Part shown: piece after piece, positions 25,220 through 32,928 of the stretch
Layout of the letters: the number at the start of each line of letters is the position of its first letter
How positions within the stretch are numbered: position 1 is the stretch's first letter
Virus record (IMG/VR): IMGVR_UViG_3300044770_000090
Span: 1 to 38,382 of that record
Length of the DNA: 38,382 bases
Strand: one strand, 5' to 3'
Origin: a virus
Lineage: Duplodnaviria > Caudoviricetes
Program-made: the position numbers and the translations under genes
Notes under the pieces: generated by a model
Database searches by the model: none
What the model was told of the DNA's origin: nothing
The model's input: only the letters and a program-made list of their open reading frames with translations

Positions 25220-25640
25220 TACGGCCGTCCGCGAGGATGCAGACGTACTCGGGGCGCGGGCCGGTGGGCGGGGTGACGATGTGCTCCTGCTTGTCCTTCC
25301 AGCCGGCTTTGTTCTTCTGCCACCAGATGCAGGCCGCGATCGCTGCGCGCGCGAATTTCGGATCATCGGCACGCCTCGCCAGCGCGTGCACGGTCTGAGC
25401 GATCGTGCCGTTGGCGTGCTCGCGCGCTTCGTCCACGATCTCGCGCAGGGTCTCGTTGCGACGCAGGACCCTGAGCCACGACGTGCGCGTGATGTCGAGC
25501 ATGCCGGCGACTGTCGCGTCGTCCCAGCCGTTGCGGTAGGCGTTGCGGATCATGTCGAGCTTGTCGCCATCGAAGCTCAGGCGGATCGCTTCTGTCTTGA
25601 CGGTGAGTTTGTGGATGCTTTCGACGGAACGCCGTGCCAT
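25161..25640 (-). CDS. terS: Terminase small subunit
   Basis: HTH (GWDDATVAGMLDITRTSW), A.IWW.KNK.GWKDK.E motif; directly upstream of terL. Confidence 0.85.
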   Translation of the reverse strand: MARRSVESIHKLTVKTEAIRLSFDGDKLDMIRNAYRNGWDDATVAGMLDITRTSWLRVLRRNETLREIVDEAREHANGTIAQTVHALARRADDPKFARAAIAACIWWQKNKAGWKDKQEHIVTPPTGPRPEYVCILADGRIAFAPAVRLPAGPRSGYEA

Positions 25641-25664
25641 TCAATCAGGCTCGCGAGCAGCTCC

Positions 25665-25705
25665 TCGCAGCCTGGAGGCTAGCAGGGGGACGGCCTAGGG
25701 GGCTA
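25665..25705 (-). promoter_or_regulatory. Late-promoter motif copy 3 (degenerate): TAGCCC-N18-TAGCCT upstream of terS
   Basis: Same CTAG-N12-CTAG spacing (25679-25682 and 25695-25698) and downstream GCTGCGA as copies 1 and 2. Confidence 0.6.
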
Positions 25706-25900
25706 TACGCCCGCGGGCGCGTGGAGGAAGCCCAGCGCGGTGCGGACCTGGAAGATGAGCTCGAGCTGCTGGCCCGCGAAGCAGAACGAGCACAGCCGCG
25801 GATCCACCGGCGACCACGAGCACGGCAGAGCCGCCAGGCCCGCCCCTTCCATCAGACACGGCGCGTCGTTGGTGCACCCGCAGCGGCGGCAGGATCTCAT
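25703..25900 (-). CDS. Small Cys-rich Zn-finger protein (65 aa)
   Basis: CRRCGCT...PC...C.W....LCS.C motif common in phages; ATGA coupling. Confidence 0.75.
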   Translation of the reverse strand: MRSCRRCGCTNDAPCLMEGAGLAALPCSWSPVDPRLCSFCFAGQQLELIFQVRTALGFLHAPAGV

Positions 25901-26298
25901 GGGTCCTCGGGCAGCGCGTCGTACAGCGCGTTGAGGTCCTCGATCATCTGCCGCACCTCGCGACGACCGCCGATGATCCTCGCGTCCTCGCCTGCCGTGG
26001 TCAGGATCGCGTAACGACGGCCGCACGGGATCACGCGGGCATCACCGTGGCGGTAGTCTCTGTCGCCACCGCAGGGCTCCGGGGTTCGTTCGAGCCATCG
26101 GAGCGTTTGGTGCAGCTCGCTCAGGCGCCGCGTTCTGGAGCCCGCGCCGAATATCGTGACGATCAGAACGTCGTCGTCACCCAGATCCTCAAGCGCGGCG
26201 ATATCCCTGCGCACCTGTTCAGCCTGCTGGTGCCGCAGTGCCGCCTGCTCAGGTGTCTCCGGCGGGGAGCAGCTCAGTTCGTGTTCGTCGAGCGTCAC
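25897..26298 (-). CDS. Hypothetical protein (~133 aa, start uncertain)
   Basis: GTG preceded by GGAG; stop coupled to the next ATG. Confidence 0.5.
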   Translation of the reverse strand: MTLDEHELSCSPPETPEQAALRHQQAEQVRRDIAALEDLGDDDVLIVTIFGAGSRTRRLSELHQTLRWLERTPEPCGGDRDYRHGDARVIPCGRRYAILTTAGEDARIIGGRREVRQMIEDLNALYDALPEDP

Positions 26299-26366
26299 AT
26301 CTCCGCGTTCGTACAAACTTCCTTCCCCCCTCCCGCCGATCTTTTTAGGGGCGCCGGCTGTGCCCT

Positions 26367-26789
26367 TTACTTCCCCATCCACAACTGCAAAAGAACCGCG
26401 TCTGCGTGCCCCACGGAGTACTCGGTCAGCGCGATCGGGAAGGCGTCGAAGCGCTCCCCGGCGATGACGAGGTCCACGGTACGGCGCTTGCCGGTTGCGT
26501 CCGCCAGGTGCGCGAACATCCGCTGCGCGATCTCGCGCGTGACGGTGATCTCCATCCGCCCGCAGATGACCGGCATGCCTTTCGCCTGGCGCAGCGCGTC
26601 CACCCCGTGCAGCTTGCAGCCCGCCGAGATCGCGCGTGGCGGGTCGGGGCATCCGCTGCACTGCGGGAACAGGGGATGCGGGTGTGGCGCACCCGCATTG
26701 CGCGCCTTCGTGCGGCCGCCCTGCTGGCCCCACGCTCGGCGCTGCTCGCTCGAGATGCGGTCTTTCCTCATCAGGCCGGAGATCTCCAT
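26367..26789 (-). CDS. Hypothetical protein (140 aa)
   Basis: Follows the initiator; RRAWGQQGGR (KGG-like) segment and CSGC...C..H. Confidence 0.55.
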   Translation of the reverse strand: MEISGLMRKDRISSEQRRAWGQQGGRTKARNAGAPHPHPLFPQCSGCPDPPRAISAGCKLHGVDALRQAKGMPVICGRMEITVTREIAQRMFAHLADATGKRRTVDLVIAGERFDAFPIALTEYSVGHADAVLLQLWMGK

Positions 26790-26792
26790 GCC

Positions 26793-27773
26793 TCACGATC
26801 CCTGCTTGCCCGATTCTACCGCGTTGCGTTCCGGTGGCGCTCCCATCTCCTCGGCGTCGTCCACTGCGGACGGCTGCACTTTCACCCCCGTCGCTTCGAG
26901 GAACGCCGCTCGTAGATCCCCCGGGCTTTCTCCGCGCAGCGCCTCCCACCCACCGACGGCCCGGACGGCCTTCTTCCATGCAGGCTCTTTCTCGAACATT
27001 GCCTCCCGCTGGGGATTTTTCTGTTTCGCCACTCGGAGGGCTGACTCGAAGGCGGACTCCGCGAGCTCGACTTGCGTGGGCTGGTGGAGCCTGCCCTTGC
27101 GCTTCCCAGGTGGCTCGAGGGGCTGGTCTCTGGTTGGCTGTCTCCCACCTGCCAGGGCCTGGACGATCTCGGAGATGGGCGCCATCCCGGCCTTTGCCTT
27201 TGACCTTCGCCTTCCTCCTTCCGAAAAGTGTGAATCTTGCCCCCGTGGGGTGTCTGGCTCGGCCGGCGGTTCAGCGGAGGCGGCCTGATCGGATCTCCTG
27301 TGATCTGGTTCTGATCTCCTCTCAACTACACTCCTCTCAACTACACTCAACCCAACCCTCTCCTCTCCTCTCATGGAGGAAACCTCCGGGAAGCCTCCGG
27401 GAATCTTCCCGGAAGCCTCCCCCAAGCCTCCCCTGCCTTGGTAGGCGGGCAGTTTCGACGGCGTTGGATATTTAGGCTTCTGCCATCGGTCCCACGTTGC
27501 GAGCTGATAGAAAACTGAAGGATCGTCTGGGCCTCGGTAGAAGTACACCATCCCGTGCCCGGAGATCTCCGCGGCGAGCTTCGCGATCGCCCCGAGCGCG
27601 ATCTCGTCGGCCGGGAAGATGGTTGCCTTGAGAGACGCGGGTGACCCAGAGCCGCGCCCGAGGTCATCGGCATTGCTGAACATCCCGATGAAGAGCAGCC
27701 GGGCGTCTCGAGAGAGCGCCATGAAGTCTTCATCGGTCCAGATCGAGGGCCAGATCCATCGCTGCCGTGCCAT
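26793..27773 (-). CDS. Phage replication initiator / replisome organiser (326 aa)
   Basis: MARQR.I.PSIW.DE.F..LSRDARLLFIG.FS.ADD.GR...LKA.IFP...W..WQKP..P.PS.LP N-terminal domain; RBS GGAGG. Confidence 0.85.
   Translation of the reverse strand: MARQRWIWPSIWTDEDFMALSRDARLLFIGMFSNADDLGRGSGSPASLKATIFPADEIALGAIAKLAAEISGHGMVYFYRGPDDPSVFYQLATWDRWQKPKYPTPSKLPAYQGRGGLGEASGKIPGGFPEVSSMRGEERVGLSVVERSVVERRSEPDHRRSDQAASAEPPAEPDTPRGQDSHFSEGGRRRSKAKAGMAPISEIVQALAGGRQPTRDQPLEPPGKRKGRLHQPTQVELAESAFESALRVAKQKNPQREAMFEKEPAWKKAVRAVGGWEALRGESPGDLRAAFLEATGVKVQPSAVDDAEEMGAPPERNAVESGKQGS
27316..27434. repeat. Putative replication origin: five 11-bp iterons plus a 2 x 15-bp repeat inside the initiator gene
   Basis: AAACCTCCGGG/AAGCCTCCGGG/AATCTTCCCGG/AAGCCTCCCCC/AAGCCTCCCCT at 27380-27434; CTCCTCTCAACTACA twice at 27316-27345. 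Confidence 0.7.
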
Positions 27774-27812
27774 CGAACCTCCAGGGGGGAAGGGGTCTGT
27801 AGGTCGGACTTT

Positions 27813-27834
27813 TGCCCCCTCAGTTGAGGGGGCA
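27813..27834. promoter_or_regulatory. Perfect palindrome upstream of the initiator gene
   Basis: TGCCCCCTCA-GT-TGAGGGGGCA. Confidence 0.5.
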
Positions 27835-27850
27835 TTTCTCCAGCGGTCGG

Positions 27851-28135
27851 CTATCCACCCATCGGCAATTCGGGATGGTCCTGCAGCTCCGTCCCGGTGG
27901 TGATGGCCTTCGCGACGCGCGCGATCTCGCCTCTGAGGCCCTTGATCTTGCGGTTCCATTTCCCCTTCGCCTCGACGAAGCCCTCTTCGGTCTCCTCGAG
28001 ATCGGCGACCAGCGCCGGCAACCTACGGCGGCGCTCCTCAAGCTCGGTGGCCGAGAGCGTCACCGCGTGCTGGTAGTCGTCGGGGGGATTGAGGTTGTCG
28101 GGGTCCGTGCCGTTGCTCTTGCGCCTCTTGGCCAT
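27851..28135 (-). CDS. Small coiled-coil hypothetical protein (94 aa)
   Basis: RBS AAGGAG; amphipathic helical hairpin. Confidence 0.7.
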   Translation of the reverse strand: MAKRRKSNGTDPDNLNPPDDYQHAVTLSATELEERRRRLPALVADLEETEEGFVEAKGKWNRKIKGLRGEIARVAKAITTGTELQDHPELPMGG

Positions 28136-28160
28136 TGCCGCTCCTTCCGCTGGGGTTCGG

Positions 28161-28658
28161 TCAGCCGCGGGATGCGACCGCCGTCATTGCGTCACTCCAG
28201 AGTTTCCCGCGCGCCCACTCGTAGAGCCACAGCGCGTCGGCTTCGTTGTCGTCTTCAATCTCGTGTCCGAAGTAGGCCCGCGCGCGGTAGACCATCGAGG
28301 CCTTGTCCGCGCGGCCGTCTCCGGCCGTCGCCTTGATCTGCTGGACCGTGGCGGAAAGGAAGCGTGCGCCGATCTGGTGCGCGAACATCTCGCAGATGGC
28401 GACACAGCCCAGGTGGAAGCGCGTGGGGGCTCCGCCGCGGTGGAATCCCTGCTCGGCGGCGACGGCCTCGACGACGTCGGAGCCTATGCGACCGTGAAGC
28501 AGTTTCAGCAGGGCCCAGAGGTTCGAGTACTTCTCGCCGGCCGCGTGACGGCCCAGGACGTGCGAGCCGGACTCAAGCACGGTGGCCTTGCGCGCGAGTT
28601 CGCCAACGGCGTAGCCGCAGACGGTGGCCGGGTCGATTGCGACGATGAGGGCGCTCAA
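28161..28658 (-). CDS. ruvC: RuvC-like Holliday junction resolvase (~165 aa)
   Basis: IVAIDP, VAAEQ, IK...G.GRADK..M, DNEADAL catalytic motifs; TTG start overlapping the upstream TGA. Confidence 0.85.
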   Translation of the reverse strand: MSALIVAIDPATVCGYAVGELARKATVLESGSHVLGRHAAGEKYSNLWALLKLLHGRIGSDVVEAVAAEQGFHRGGAPTRFHLGCVAICEMFAHQIGARFLSATVQQIKATAGDGRADKASMVYRARAYFGHEIEDDNEADALWLYEWARGKLWSDAMTAVASRG

Positions 28659-28843
28659 TTGTACCGCGCCCCCCGCGCGGTACTGCATCGCTCGCATGGG
28701 CACTTATCGGGCCAGCGCCTTGGGGTCCGCCTTCCGTCGAACACGGTGCCGCACTGTGGGCACGCGGTCGTTGTCAGGCCCGCGCGCATCCTGTGGCCAC
28801 AGGAGTAGCAGCGCTCCCAGAGATACGCGCCGTCGTCTCCCAT
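28655..28843 (-). CDS. Small Zn-ribbon protein (62 aa)
   Basis: CYSCGH...CPQCG...CPCERC; stop coupled to the ruvC start. Confidence 0.6.
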   Translation of the reverse strand: MGDDGAYLWERCYSCGHRMRAGLTTTACPQCGTVFDGRRTPRRWPDKCPCERCSTARGARYN

Positions 28844-29052
28844 TCCCAATCCCCCGATTCAATTGCGTTCTGATTGCCGAAAAGGCCCCGCCGGGCCACA
28901 TCGTCAGTCCGTGACGCGGTTCTAGGCGCGCCACAGTCTCAAGCGCCACTACGGCGCACCCGGCGGGGCATGTCGTTGCAGCGGACCCTCCCCGGGATCG
29001 AGGTGCATTCCCGCCGCGCCGTCACCGGACGCGGAGGTCCGCTGCGACCTCG

Positions 29053-29580
29053 TCATCTGATGCAGTTGACGGCGGCGGCCATGCAGTACGGCGGCGGGCC
29101 GCTGAAGTAGGTCTTCCAGTTCTCGCAGTCCGGGTCGCCGAACTTGCAGTCGTCCGTCCGGTCCATGATGGGCGAGTCCATAGAGAGGACTGCCCGACGA
29201 GAGCGCAGCTCGTTGAACTCCGCCCGCGTGATCTTGCCGCACTGGAGATCCTGATAGAGCTTGTTGATCCTGTCACCTTCGGTGAGCATGTGAGCCGAGC
29301 GGGCCGCGTCGTGTAGCGCGAGCCGGCGCGCCTGTACCTGCCGGCGCATCTCCTTGCGGCTCATGCCCGTGGCGTCGAAGCTCTCGATCATGTACCGGCC
29401 AGGTGTGCGCCGGTCTTCGAGGATGTTGCATCGCTCGGCCGTGGAGGTCGCCGGATCGCAGACCACCACATGCTGCACGCCGAGATTGTCCGCCCCCCTT
29501 GGACGGGAGGCGTAGAACACCCCCGCCGATACGAGTAGTCCCGCCGCGATCACCGCCGTGGTTCTGGCTGCTGTCCTCAT
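29053..29580 (-). CDS. Exported or membrane-anchored Cys-rich hypothetical protein (175 aa)
   Basis: RBS AGGAGG; TTAVIAAGLLVSAGVFYA hydrophobic N-terminus; seven Cys, mostly in close pairs. Confidence 0.7.
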   Translation of the reverse strand: MRTAARTTAVIAAGLLVSAGVFYASRPRGADNLGVQHVVVCDPATSTAERCNILEDRRTPGRYMIESFDATGMSRKEMRRQVQARRLALHDAARSAHMLTEGDRINKLYQDLQCGKITRAEFNELRSRRAVLSMDSPIMDRTDDCKFGDPDCENWKTYFSGPPPYCMAAAVNCIR

Positions 29581-29627
29581 TGCCTTCCTCCTGTTGCGGC
29601 CGGAGCCGCGCGGTTACTGAGAGCCGT

Positions 29628-30785
29628 CTACTCCAGAAGCGCCCGGCACAACGCGCGGGCGAGGTTGACTGGTACGGCGTTTCCGATCTGACGCACGCGC
29701 TGCTCTTGGTTGCCGGCGATCTGGTAGCCGTCATCGAACGACATGGCGCGCGCGAGCTCGTGAGGCTGGAGCATCCGGAAGTGGACATCGAGGACCGCGC
29801 CATCAGTCTCGGCGGTGACCAGCCCGAGCCGATCCTTCGCTGCAACGGTTGGGACCGGACGGCTCGTCGCACGCGGCGCCCCTCCTGACTGCTGCTGGAG
29901 CAGGAACGGCTCGCACAACCCAAGGTGCTGACCCTGCGCTGTTACAGCGGGGACAGGCCGCTCGATAGAACGTGCCGTGCCTGTGCCGCGCAGGATGACG
30001 AGGAAGGGTTCGAGCTGCGGCCCACCGAAGCGCCGCAGCCCCGCGATGATCCGATTCATCGTCGCCGGAGACAGGGGCCGCTTCCGCGCGAAGATGGACT
30101 GAGACGGCAGGGCCCAGTCGATGATCTCCCGGGCGGCCTTCCACTGCTCGGTCTTCCGGTGCAGCCCAGGGTTTTCGGAGTGCGATGGTTCCGGCCATGA
30201 GATCCGGTGATTCCCCCGGCGCGCCAGGATGAAGAGCCGCTCGCGTGTTGTTGGGTCGCCGTAGTCCGCGGCGTTGAGGATCCGGTCCTCGACCCGGTAG
30301 CCCAGAGACGAGAGCGCCGCCAGGAAGGCGCGGTAGGTCTCCCCCTTGTGCGTTTTCATGGGTCGGCCCCCCACCCCCACCGGCCCCCAGTCGCGGAACT
30401 CGCGGACGTTCTCCACCAGGAGGTTGTCCACGTAGATCGCCTCGGCCCATCTCAGGACGTGCCAGGCAGACGCGCGCTTCTGATCGGTGACGGGGCGTCC
30501 CCCGCGCGCGTTGCTGTGGTGGGTGCACTCGGGCGAGGCGACCATCAGATCGAGCCGACCCGAAGGGACCGCCGTTCTCGGGCTCACCGTGTCGAGGTCG
30601 GAGCACAGGTGCCGGGCGAAGGGATGGTTCGCCGTGTGCGTCCGGATCGCCACGTCCCAGTGATTCACGGCGACGAGATCGAGCCCGAGCCCGAGATCGC
30701 GGCACGCGTGCGCGAGGCCGGTGGACGTTCCCCCGGCCCCGCAGAACAGATCGGCCGCTCGGATGACGCGGGCGGCGGCGGTCAT
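29628..30785 (-). CDS. C5-cytosine DNA methyltransferase (385 aa)
   Basis: Motif I DLFCGAGG, IV SPEC, VI ENV, VIII TTRERLF, IX R.L...E.AR, X QIGNAVP. Confidence 0.93.
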   Translation of the reverse strand: MTAAARVIRAADLFCGAGGTSTGLAHACRDLGLGLDLVAVNHWDVAIRTHTANHPFARHLCSDLDTVSPRTAVPSGRLDLMVASPECTHHSNARGGRPVTDQKRASAWHVLRWAEAIYVDNLLVENVREFRDWGPVGVGGRPMKTHKGETYRAFLAALSSLGYRVEDRILNAADYGDPTTRERLFILARRGNHRISWPEPSHSENPGLHRKTEQWKAAREIIDWALPSQSIFARKRPLSPATMNRIIAGLRRFGGPQLEPFLVILRGTGTARSIERPVPAVTAQGQHLGLCEPFLLQQQSGGAPRATSRPVPTVAAKDRLGLVTAETDGAVLDVHFRMLQPHELARAMSFDDGYQIAGNQEQRVRQIGNAVPVNLARALCRALLE

Positions 30786-31048
30786 AGGAGGACCTGCTGA
30801 ACGGGCAGGCAGATGGGAGGCACCGGCTTCCTGCGTACAGCGCGCTGGCGCAGCCTGACTCCATCCGGCGGAGCGCCCATCGTCCACTCGCGCTCTTTCT
30901 CCGTGGCCGCGAGCTCGTGCTCGAACGACAGGTAGCCAGCTTCGCGCGCGCCCATGTCCATCAGCACCTCGCACCACTCCCTGCGCTTGCAGAGCTGGCA
31001 CGTCCGCTGATGAGCGAGCGAGGCGGAGATGGTCTCGCGCTGCATCAC
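30782..31048 (-). CDS. Small hypothetical protein with H...CxxC...C
   Basis: HQRTCQLCKRREWC; coupled at both ends. Confidence 0.6.
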   Translation of the reverse strand: MMQRETISASLAHQRTCQLCKRREWCEVLMDMGAREAGYLSFEHELAATEKEREWTMGAPPDGVRLRQRAVRRKPVPPICLPVQQVLL

Positions 31049-31368
31049 CGATCCCCGAAGGGCTCGTCGCCCCAGAGCGTGGCGTCCTCGGCCCCCATGT
31101 CCGCGGCTCGATCCGCGTCAGCGGCCGCCTGCTCGGCGCTGCGCTTCTTGAACTGCTTGCGGGCCGGACAGGTCCCGAAGTGGGTGACGTGCTCGCCGTG
31201 GCGGTAGGCGACCTCCTCCTTGCGAGCGAGGGCTTCGCGATCCGCTGTCGTCAGGCTGTCGCCGTCCACCGGCATCGGCCGGCCCTTCGCAGTCCGCAGG
31301 AAGGCGATCTCCTTGCCGCAGGCCTTCGCCGCGCTGCAGGGGGTGGTGACTTTGCGCAGGCGGATCAC
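31045..31368 (-). CDS. Small phage Zn-binding protein (107 aa)
   Basis: C....CGKEI.F..T.KG..MPVD...HFGTCP motif; RBS GAGGAG; GTGA overlap. Confidence 0.75.
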   Translation of the reverse strand: MIRLRKVTTPCSAAKACGKEIAFLRTAKGRPMPVDGDSLTTADREALARKEEVAYRHGEHVTHFGTCPARKQFKKRSAEQAAADADRAADMGAEDATLWGDEPFGDR

Positions 31369-32111
31369 AGGCTCCTCAGGTCGATCCACCACGCGATCAG
31401 GAACGCCATCCGCCGCTCGCTCGATGCGGGAGCTCGGCCGCCACGGGATCTGATGCGCCCGATCAGGATCGGGTCGGGGTGCTGCGCCTGCGGTACAACG
31501 ACTCCGATCTCGTCGAAGAGCTTCAGCGCCAGCGCCTCAGACGCGGCACTCATCAGCGCCGGAGCCGCGGCAATCACCGGGAACTCGACATCTCCATGGT
31601 CGACAGTTTGGGTGAACCACTTCGTGATTTCCTTGCCGGCCTGGTCTTTCACCTTGAAGTCTCCCCGCCGCACGAGCTGCTGAGGTGACACGTAGCGCCC
31701 CTCGCCGGGTGGCAGCGCCCTCGCTTCTTCGTCGCGCAGCGACGGGTAGTTGTAGGTGGACGTGGCATGCTGGTGGCTCGGGTTCTTCCGATCGGTGCGG
31801 ATCGCGAAGATGTCCATGCCCATGTCGGGGATGATCTGGTAGCCCGCCTCGACAGCCGCGCGGCACTTGTCGTAGAACACGACGCGCTGTCGCTGGCGCC
31901 GCTCCGCCGAGACGAGCCCTCTCACCGTGAGCCGGTTCATCTCCGCGCTCTCGATCGCCTGCTGAATGTCGCGGAGTGCGACCTTCTCTTCGTTGACCTT
32001 CCCGGTGAACCACTCCACCAGACGAGCCTGCGCGTGCTTCATCTCCGTAGACGAGCGCGCGATGACGAAGTGTCCGGTGGCCTGCTCTTCTACCTTCGCG
32101 ATCTGATCCAT
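31365..32111 (-). CDS. Hypothetical protein (248 aa)
   Basis: RBS GGAGGAGG; globular-looking sequence with an N-terminal coiled coil; coupled at both ends. Confidence 0.75.
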   Translation of the reverse strand: MDQIAKVEEQATGHFVIARSSTEMKHAQARLVEWFTGKVNEEKVALRDIQQAIESAEMNRLTVRGLVSAERRQRQRVVFYDKCRAAVEAGYQIIPDMGMDIFAIRTDRKNPSHQHATSTYNYPSLRDEEARALPPGEGRYVSPQQLVRRGDFKVKDQAGKEITKWFTQTVDHGDVEFPVIAAAPALMSAASEALALKLFDEIGVVVPQAQHPDPILIGRIRSRGGRAPASSERRMAFLIAWWIDLRSL

Positions 32112-32341
32112 CACGTCCTCCTCCATGTGTCCGCCACCCTGCAGGGATGGCAGCCCCCGGTCAGACGCACCCGGCACACCAGAGCGTGTGCGAGATGCGC
32201 GCGCGCCTTGCCGATCTCCGCCTGCTGGGCCTTCACGGTGGCACCGTTGGCCTCCGCTTCCCTGCGGGCCGCGGCGAGATCGCAGCGGAGGCGGTCGAGG
32301 TCAGTGCGCTGGCGCGCGATGGTGCCCTGCGGGACGCTCAT
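32111..32341 (-). CDS. Small coiled-coil protein with C-terminal H..C...CHPC (76 aa)
   Basis: ATGA and TGATG coupling to neighbours. Confidence 0.6.
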   Translation of the reverse strand: MSVPQGTIARQRTDLDRLRCDLAAARREAEANGATVKAQQAEIGKARAHLAHALVCRVRLTGGCHPCRVADTWRRT

Positions 32342-32928
32342 TGGCCTGGCGTGACCGGGCACGCGGGCGACGCCTTCTCCCCCAGCGGATTCGGCAGTAG
32401 CCGCGCGTCGAACAGCCGCACGAACTGATACACGCGCGGGCGCAGCAACATCGGCACGCGCGGATCTTCGGGACTCTCCGCGCCGTTGAACGCCACGTGC
32501 ATCGGGCAGTTGCCCCAGTCGTGGCAGTTCCACGCGGTGGCGACTTCCTCGATCGTGCGCCCTCCCGCGGTGCACAGAGACGGAACGACGCTCTCGATGT
32601 ACTGAGCCAACGTCTCTCCGGTCTCAAGACGGGCGCCCCCGAGGTCGGCGCCCCTGAGGTTGGCGTCCCTGAGGTCGGCGTCCCTGAGGTCGGCGTCCCC
32701 GAGGTCGGCGCCCCTGAGGTCGGCGTCCCTGAGGTCGGCGCCCCTGAGGTTGGCGTCCCTGAGGTTGGCGTCCCTGAGGTTGGCGCCCCCGAGGTCGGCG
32801 TCCCTGAGGTCGGCGTCCCTGAGGTTGGCTTTCTTCCCGACGGCGATCTCCATCGCCGCGCGGATCGAGTCGGCCTCGACCTCGAGCAGCACTTTGCCGG
32901 TCCACCAGGATTTGATCTCGATCTTCAT
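32338..32928 (-). CDS. Pentapeptide-repeat protein (196 aa)
   Basis: MKIEIKS..TG.VL N-cap; 13 x A(N/D)L(R/G)(D/G); RBS GGGAGG; ATGA coupling to sbcC. Confidence 0.92.
   Translation of the reverse strand: MKIEIKSWWTGKVLLEVEADSIRAAMEIAVGKKANLRDADLRDADLGGANLRDANLRDANLRGADLRDADLRGADLGDADLRDADLRDANLRGADLGGARLETGETLAQYIESVVPSLCTAGGRTIEEVATAWNCHDWGNCPMHVAFNGAESPEDPRVPMLLRPRVYQFVRLFDARLLPNPLGEKASPACPVTPGQ
32635..32829. repeat. 13 x 15-bp tandem repeat encoding the pentapeptides
   Basis: Unit G(T/C)CCC(T/C)GAGGT(C/T)GGC repeated 13 times. Confidence 0.95.

Noticed and set aside
743-28870. CAATTGCGTT shared by positions ~743 and ~28860, with a partial match at ~2401
   Set aside because: Only 10 bp with no consistent position relative to genes; could be chance
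28704-29056. ORFs 28704-28949 and 28949-29056
   Set aside because: No motifs; the first overlaps the better-supported Zn-ribbon ORF and the second is 35 aa of low-complexity sequence
32635-32829. Possible CRISPR array or DGR repeat
   Set aside because: Contiguous 15-bp units without spacers that encode pentapeptide repeats; no cas or reverse transcriptase gene
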